A DNA stretch of 64,000 bases from Patescibacteria group bacterium (GTDB lineage Bacteria; Patescibacteriota; Microgenomatia; UBA12405): positions 74,810 to 138,809 of the forward strand of contig JAHIPV010000020.1 in assembly GCA_018902845.1 (NCBI GenBank), written 5' to 3'. This document shows positions 58,998 through 64,000 of the stretch, in pieces. The translations under genes were made by a program, and so were the position numbers. The notes beneath the pieces are model-generated. The model worked only from the letters and a program-made list of their open reading frames with translations. It ran no database searches and was not told where the DNA came from. Position 1 is the stretch's first letter. Each line of letters begins with the position of its first letter.

Positions 58998-60131
58998 ATG
59001 ACTGTTGATGAAAGATTGAAATTAATTACCAGAAATTGTCAGGAGGTGTTGGTTGAGAAGGAGTTGAAGGAATTGCTGGGAAATGGGACAGAGTTGAAGC
59101 ACTATATCGGTTTTGAAATTTCGGGAATGGTGCATTTGGGGACTGGGTTGATTTCGATGGGTAAAATTGCTGATTTTGTAAAAGCCGGAGTTAAATGTCA
59201 AATTTTTTTGGCTGATTTTCATTCTTATTTAAATAATAAATTAGGCGGAAATTGGGAAAATATTCGCTGGGCAACAGAAAATTATTTTAAAGAGGGACTG
59301 ATTGCTTCTTTAAAATGTTTTGGGGTTGATGAAAGCCAAATTGAATTTATTACCGGAAAAGAATTGTACACAGATAATATTGTCCACTGGGAAACTTTTA
59401 TGGAAGTGGGTAAGCATGTGACTTTGTCACGAAATTTAAGATCAATTTCGATTATGGGAAAAATGCAGGGCAAGGATGTTGATATGGCCACTCTTTTTTA
59501 TCCCCCGCTTCAGGTAGCTGACATTTTTACTATGGGGGTTAATTTAGCTCATGCCGGAACGGACCAAAGAAAAGCTCATGTGATAGCTCGACAAGTGGCA
59601 AAGAAATTGATAATTAATCCGCTTAAAAATGCCAAAGGTAAAGTAATAGCACCGATTGCTATCCACCAAAATTTGATTGCTGGATTAAGCGGACCGACTA
59701 CAGGCGAGAATAGTGAAGAAAGTTTAAAAATGAGTAAGTCAAAACCAGGTAGTGCTATTTTTGTACACGATACTGCTGATGAAATCAGAGAAAAAGTCAA
59801 AAAAGCTTATGGGCCACCAAAAGAGATTGAGTTTAATCCGTTGATTAATTGGATGGAAAATTTGGTTTTTTGGGGAGAAGGTGAAAGTAAGGACGGACTT
59901 AAGGTGAAAAGGGCTGAAAGATTTGGAGGGGATGTAAGTTATTATAAAATTGCTGATTTGATAGATGATTATAAAAGTGAAAAATTACATCCGATGGATT
60001 TAAAGAGTGCATTAAGCGAGTGGTTGGTTGAAAAACTAGAACCGGCCAGAAAGCATTTTGAAAGTGAAAAGGCTAAAAAAGGGTTGGAAAAGATGAGAAA
60101 GTTGATGCTGTCATCACAAGGAACGAAGTGA
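58998..60131 (+). CDS. tyrS: Tyrosyl-tRNA synthetase, archaeal/eukaryotic-type
   Basis: YIGFEISGMVHLG, YPPLQVADI, GTDQRKAH, KMSKS, LHPMDLK; no S4 domain; ATG 58998 has TATAAT 6 nt upstream. Confidence 0.9.
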   Translation: MTVDERLKLITRNCQEVLVEKELKELLGNGTELKHYIGFEISGMVHLGTGLISMGKIADFVKAGVKCQIFLADFHSYLNNKLGGNWENIRWATENYFKEGLIASLKCFGVDESQIEFITGKELYTDNIVHWETFMEVGKHVTLSRNLRSISIMGKMQGKDVDMATLFYPPLQVADIFTMGVNLAHAGTDQRKAHVIARQVAKKLIINPLKNAKGKVIAPIAIHQNLIAGLSGPTTGENSEESLKMSKSKPGSAIFVHDTADEIREKVKKAYGPPKEIEFNPLINWMENLVFWGEGESKDGLKVKRAERFGGDVSYYKIADLIDDYKSEKLHPMDLKSALSEWLVEKLEPARKHFESEKAKKGLEKMRKLMLSSQGTK

Positions 60132-60163
60132 TCTTCCAGAAGCGGACACGTTGTCATGACTGC

Positions 60164-60188
60164 GGGCGACCGCAAGGGTCGCCCCTAC
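60164..60188 (-). repeat. GTAG-type REP supplying the uvrC stop codon
   Basis: TAG at 60185-60187. Confidence 0.95.
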
Positions 60189-61651
60189 AAAAGAAGCGAC
60201 ATTAATTCTTTGCGGTATTTATTGGCAAAGCGGTGAGATTCGTCGCGAAGGTGACGGAGAAGATTTAAGGCTTGAGAGTTTTTTGGAAGGTTGATTTGTT
60301 GAAATGAATTTTTTGTTTTTATGACTATAGTTTCGTCGCTTTTGGCAAGGCCGATTAAGACGATGTGGTTTGTTTTTTTCCGACGGAATTTTCCAGAGGC
60401 AGGCAGGTTGCCATGATTGCGGGCGACCGCAAGGGTCGCCCCTACAAAAGAATTTGCAATGACAGAATGGGTGACAGTTACCTGAGGTTTGCCACCGTCG
60501 ACAAGGATGATGTTAGGAAATTGCCATTCGGGGTGGTTTAGACGGCGGGAAACGAGTTGTGAAATCATTAAGGCGTCGTTTTGTTGAAGTCTGTTGTCAT
60601 CCTGAGAAAGCTTGCGACCGAAGGATCCCGTGGGAATTTTTGACTCCAACGGGATTCTTCGTCTCCCTGCGGGTGACTCAGAATGACGGGAGAGAGGTTT
60701 CGGGTGACGATAATGGCGGATTTTGAATTTGCGGTATTGAGACTTGTCTATAAAACCTTCTTGAAAAACAACCATAGAACCGACAAAATATTTGTTTCCT
60801 AAATTAGATATATCATAAGCTTCGATGCGGTTGACTGATTTTAGCTTAGGAAAATAGGGCAAAAGGATTGTTTTGAGTTCGTTTAGAGCCGAATTGGTCT
60901 TGTCACTAGCAAGATTAATGGATTGAAAAAGATTGTTTAAATTTTTCCAGCCATCAGTGATGTATTTTAATGATTCAATCTGATCACGTAAGCTTATGGC
61001 TTTTTCGTAATTTTGGGTTTTGGAGGCTTGGCGCATTTGTGTTTCCAGCGACTTGACTAGATTTTTGATTTGGCCGTTTAGGATTTTTTTGATATACCCA
61101 ATGGTCCTTCTGTATTGTTTGGCATTTGGACTAGGACCAGGGCATAGATTTAGATGGCAGTAAAGACAATTTTTTGGATGAGTCTGGTGATAATCTCTGA
61201 ATGGGAAAATTTTTCTGATTGTTTTTAGCAGAGTGCGGACAGAAGATGAGTTGGGAAAAGGACCATAAAGATGTGAAGTGGTTTTTGTTTTGGTTAATTT
61301 GTTTTTGTGAGTAGCAAAAATTCTGGGAATTAACTCTTTGGTGATAACTATATAAATATAGTTTTTGTCGTCTTTGAGCTGAGAGTTGTATTTGGGTTTG
61401 TGTTTTTTGATTAAGTTGGCTTCAAGAACTAGAGCTTCGATTTCTGAACCAACTGTTTTGTAGCTGATGTTACTGATTTGTGAAATTAATTGGCGGGTTT
61501 TTGGACCCAGAGTATTGTTTTTTTGGAAATATTGGGAAATGCGGTTTTTTAGATTTATGGCCTTGCCAATGTAAATTATTTCTTTTTTTGAATTTTTGAA
61601 AATATAAACGCCGGGAGAGGTGGGAAAAGAGCTTGTGTCTTTTTTGTTCAT
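60185..61651 (-). CDS. uvrC: Excinuclease ABC subunit C (no C-terminal HhH)
   Basis: PGVYIF...YIGKA GIY-YIG, UVR domain, RIEAYDISN, VDGGKPQ, RDESHRFA; two REP inserts. Confidence 0.92.
   Translation of the reverse strand: MNKKDTSSFPTSPGVYIFKNSKKEIIYIGKAINLKNRISQYFQKNNTLGPKTRQLISQISNISYKTVGSEIEALVLEANLIKKHKPKYNSQLKDDKNYIYIVITKELIPRIFATHKNKLTKTKTTSHLYGPFPNSSSVRTLLKTIRKIFPFRDYHQTHPKNCLYCHLNLCPGPSPNAKQYRRTIGYIKKILNGQIKNLVKSLETQMRQASKTQNYEKAISLRDQIESLKYITDGWKNLNNLFQSINLASDKTNSALNELKTILLPYFPKLKSVNRIEAYDISNLGNKYFVGSMVVFQEGFIDKSQYRKFKIRHYRHPKPLSRHSESPAGRRRIPLESKIPTGSFGRKLSQDDNRLQQNDALMISQLVSRRLNHPEWQFPNIILVDGGKPQVTVTHSVIANSFVGATLAVARNHGNLPASGKFRRKKTNHIVLIGLAKSDETIVIKTKNSFQQINLPKNSQALNLLRHLRDESHRFANKYRKELMSLLL
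60384..60464 (-). repeat. Composite GTAG element in-frame in uvrC
   Basis: VIANSFVGATLAVARNHGNL; core at 60421-60445. Confidence 0.9.
60595..60688. repeat. REP doublet in-frame in uvrC
   Basis: tgtcatcctgag...aaggatccc...gggattcttc[ccctgcgggtgac]tcagaatgacg. Confidence 0.9.
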
Positions 61652-61839
61652 TTCTTAATTGTGAGTTTTTTAGCGGTTGGACTGACAATAAAACCAAAAC
61701 TAAGATTTCCTTTTACAAATTCTCTTAAAAATACACGAGTTAGTTCTTGTAAAGAAGAAAAACCCATATTTAGGGCTATTTTGGTTACATTATCTTTTAA
61801 AGTTTTATTGATTGGAACTTGAAGTACTGTATTATTCAT
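61648..61839 (-). CDS. Small ribbon-helix-helix / RelB-like hypothetical protein
   Basis: LQVPINKTLK...GFSSLQELTRVFL; overlaps the uvrC start. Confidence 0.55.
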   Translation of the reverse strand: MNNTVLQVPINKTLKDNVTKIALNMGFSSLQELTRVFLREFVKGNLSFGFIVSPTAKKLTIKK

Positions 61840-61923
61840 ATATTACGATTATATTATGTTTATAATACTTGTCAAGAATTGAGTTTTTTGTGCTAGAATA
61901 AAAATGTTGAATAAAGTTATTTT

Positions 61924-62358
61924 TTGAAAAATATTAAAAATATGCCAAAAGTAGAAAATCATGTTAATAGACTTACGGCGGACATGAGAGGGAATGATTG
62001 GAAGGTAGAGGATGGTCAAGAGTCTAGGTTAAGGGATAGATTTGGTGAAGAAATGAAAACATTTATGCCTTGGCTAGATTCATCTTTGTTTGGTCCTTGG
62101 ACAGATCCGCAAACTATCTGTACCAGACACACAAACAGAAGGAAAAGGGCACAGTTGAGAGAAATGAATGAGAAAAGATGGACAAGAGAGATAATTATTA
62201 GTGATGATGCTGTAGATGATTTCGTTGTTGCTTTTGATATTATGGCTCCAGACGAAGGGAAAAGGATTTTTGGATATGTAGACAGAGAAGGTAACTTTAT
62301 TGCACAATTTGGAAAAGGTGGTGCGTTTTGTATGGTTACTATGCAAAAATCAAACTAA
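61924..62358 (+). CDS. Hypothetical protein
   Basis: Purine-rich ORF filling the gap; start may be ATG 61942. Confidence 0.55.
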   Translation: MKNIKNMPKVENHVNRLTADMRGNDWKVEDGQESRLRDRFGEEMKTFMPWLDSSLFGPWTDPQTICTRHTNRRKRAQLREMNEKRWTREIIISDDAVDDFVVAFDIMAPDEGKRIFGYVDREGNFIAQFGKGGAFCMVTMQKSN

Positions 62359-64000
62359 TTAAGTTTTTGTTTGAGATAGTGTGTGGTGTGGGAAGATTTG
62401 GATTTTAGGATATCTTGAAGCGTGCCTTGGGTAACTATTTGGCCTCCTTTGTTTCCTCCTTCCGGCCCCAAATCAATTATCCAATCCGCATTTTTTATTA
62501 TTTCCTGATTGTGTTCAATAATGACAACACTATTGCCTTTGTCTGCTAAACGTCGCAAAACCTTTATTAATTTTTCAATATCATAAAAATGGAGACCGGT
62601 GGTGGGCTCGTCAAAAATGTAAAGGGTGTGAATGTTTTTTACTTTTACCAATTCTCGACTGATTTTTAACCTTTGTGACTCCCCTCCCGAAAGAGTATTG
62701 GAAGCTTGACCCAGTTCCAGGTAACCCAAGCCCACTTCTTGAAGCGTGTTTAAGCTTTTTTTTATTCTGGGAACATTTTCGAAAAAAACTTCTGCCTCAT
62801 CTATGGTGAGTTCTAAAACTTGGGCAATATTTTTGCCTTTGTATTCTACTTCCAGAGTTTCTTCTTTAAAACGGGTGCCGTGACATTCGTCACAAGTGAC
62901 ATAAACATCGGGTAAAAATTGCATTTCTATTTTTATTTGGCCTTGACCCCGACAAGCTTGACAACGGCCACCTTTGACATTAAATGAAAAATGACCGGCT
63001 TGGTAGCCTCTGATTTGAGATTCAACAGTTCTGGAAAAAATTGCTCTTATTTCGTCAAAAATTTTTGTATATGTAGCCGGGTTGCTACGAGGAGTACGAC
63101 CAATTGGTGATTGGTCAACCAGCAAAATATCACCGATGTTTTCAATTCCTTTGATTTCTTTGTAATCACCGACTACGCCTCGATAAGCTGGATTGAAATG
63201 CTTGCGAATGGCACCATAAAGAGTGTCGTGGACTAAAGTTGATTTACCGGATCCGGAAACACCGGTGACACAAACAAGTTTGTTTAGGGGTAAGTTTAGG
63301 GTGATGTTTTTTAGATTCCATTGAGTGCAGTTGGTGATGGTAAGAAGGGCTGTGTCATCGCGGGATGAAATTCCGTCATTCTGAGGTGAAGCCGAAGAAT
63401 CTCGTTGTTGGTTCTGATAACTATGGGATCCTTCGCCGTGCTCAGGATGACGGTGGAGAAGCTTAGGGTTACGGCGGGAAGATAAATATTCTCCGGTTAG
63501 GGAGTTGGAATTCTTTTTGATTTGAGCTAAAGTACCTTGGGCTATTACTTGACCGCCATCTTTACCGGCAAGAGGGCCAAAATCAACAATGTAATCGGCT
63601 GATTTTATGACTTCTTCGTCATGTTCTACCACTATAACACTGTTACCCAAATCTCTTAGCCTATTTAGAGTTTTTATGAGCCTTTGGTTGTCGCGGGGAT
63701 GAAGACCAATAGTTGGTTCGTCCAGGATATAAAGAACACCGCTAAGACCGGTGCCGATTTGACTGGCAAGTCTGATACGCTGAGACTCGCCACTTGATAA
63801 GGTTCCGGCTTCTCTTTCCAGCGATAAATAATCAAGACCAACGCTTAATAAAAATTCCAGCCTAGTATTAATTTCATTTTTAATGGGGATTAATATCTCC
63901 TTTTCTTGGTTGCTATTTAAACTTTTGTGCAAATCCCCTACCCAATTTAATAATTTACTGATTGATAATTGGCAGAGCTGATAAATGTTTTTTTCATTAA
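62355..64000 (-). CDS. uvrA: Excinuclease ABC subunit A, C-terminal part (open to the window end)
   Basis: LSSGESQRIRLASQIG, GVSGSGKST, CQAC/CDEC zinc finger, LSGGESQR. Confidence 0.97.
   Translation of the reverse strand, partial: NEKNIYQLCQLSISKLLNWVGDLHKSLNSNQEKEILIPIKNEINTRLEFLLSVGLDYLSLEREAGTLSSGESQRIRLASQIGTGLSGVLYILDEPTIGLHPRDNQRLIKTLNRLRDLGNSVIVVEHDEEVIKSADYIVDFGPLAGKDGGQVIAQGTLAQIKKNSNSLTGEYLSSRRNPKLLHRHPEHGEGSHSYQNQQRDSSASPQNDGISSRDDTALLTITNCTQWNLKNITLNLPLNKLVCVTGVSGSGKSTLVHDTLYGAIRKHFNPAYRGVVGDYKEIKGIENIGDILLVDQSPIGRTPRSNPATYTKIFDEIRAIFSRTVESQIRGYQAGHFSFNVKGGRCQACRGQGQIKIEMQFLPDVYVTCDECHGTRFKEETLEVEYKGKNIAQVLELTIDEAEVFFENVPRIKKSLNTLQEVGLGYLELGQASNTLSGGESQRLKISRELVKVKNIHTLYIFDEPTTGLHFYDIEKLIKVLRRLADKGNSVVIIEHNQEIIKNADWIIDLGPEGGNKGGQIVTQGTLQDILKSKSSHTTHYLKQKLN
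63374..63452. repeat. REP doublet in-frame in the uvrA linker
   Basis: Shares the QQRDSSASPQND arm and spacer start with 17415 and 24335. Confidence 0.9.

Noticed and set aside
1-64000. Alternative genetic code (UGA=Gly)
   Set aside because: RF2 is present and genes are full-length under code 11, with TGA used as a stop.
1-64000. RAYT/IS200 transposase, integrase, tRNA or rRNA genes
   Set aside because: No HUH/Y1, DDE or recombinase ORF and no recognisable RNA gene were seen. A RAYT elsewhere in the genome cannot be excluded.

Overview
AT-rich bacterial DNA read with genetic code 11. Gene content (large GT-C/GT2 array, archaeal-type TyrRS, LCP, sortase, no outer-membrane genes) suggests a CPR/Patescibacteria, Microgenomates-like genome; this is inference. 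Almost all genes are on the minus strand. Positions 1-37.1 kb are a surface-glycosylation cluster: about 12 GT-C-like membrane transferases, about 11 GT2, 2 GT4, a flippase, a B12 radical SAM enzyme and a methyltransferase. The rest holds ftsEX with an EnvC-like M23 peptidase, LCP, prfB, hicBA, cyclophilin, nrnA, Fic, secA, serS, a lysS-HD fusion, greA, sortase, tyrS, uvrC and partial uvrA. The main signal is a dense population of short GC-rich palindromic REP/REPIN-like elements in several families (GTCAT-ended, GTAG-ended, and GTCACCCG-GGGGG). They sit in-frame inside more than 20 proteins including UvrA and UvrC, supply start and stop codons, nest inside each other, and are strongly strand-biased. 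They also bracket a lone small GIY-YIG nuclease gene (23183-23458), a candidate mobiliser in place of a RAYT transposase. Other observations are widespread leaderless promoters, a circularly permuted M23 domain and a structured greA leader. Coordinates were read by eye and may be off by a few bases; no database searches were run.
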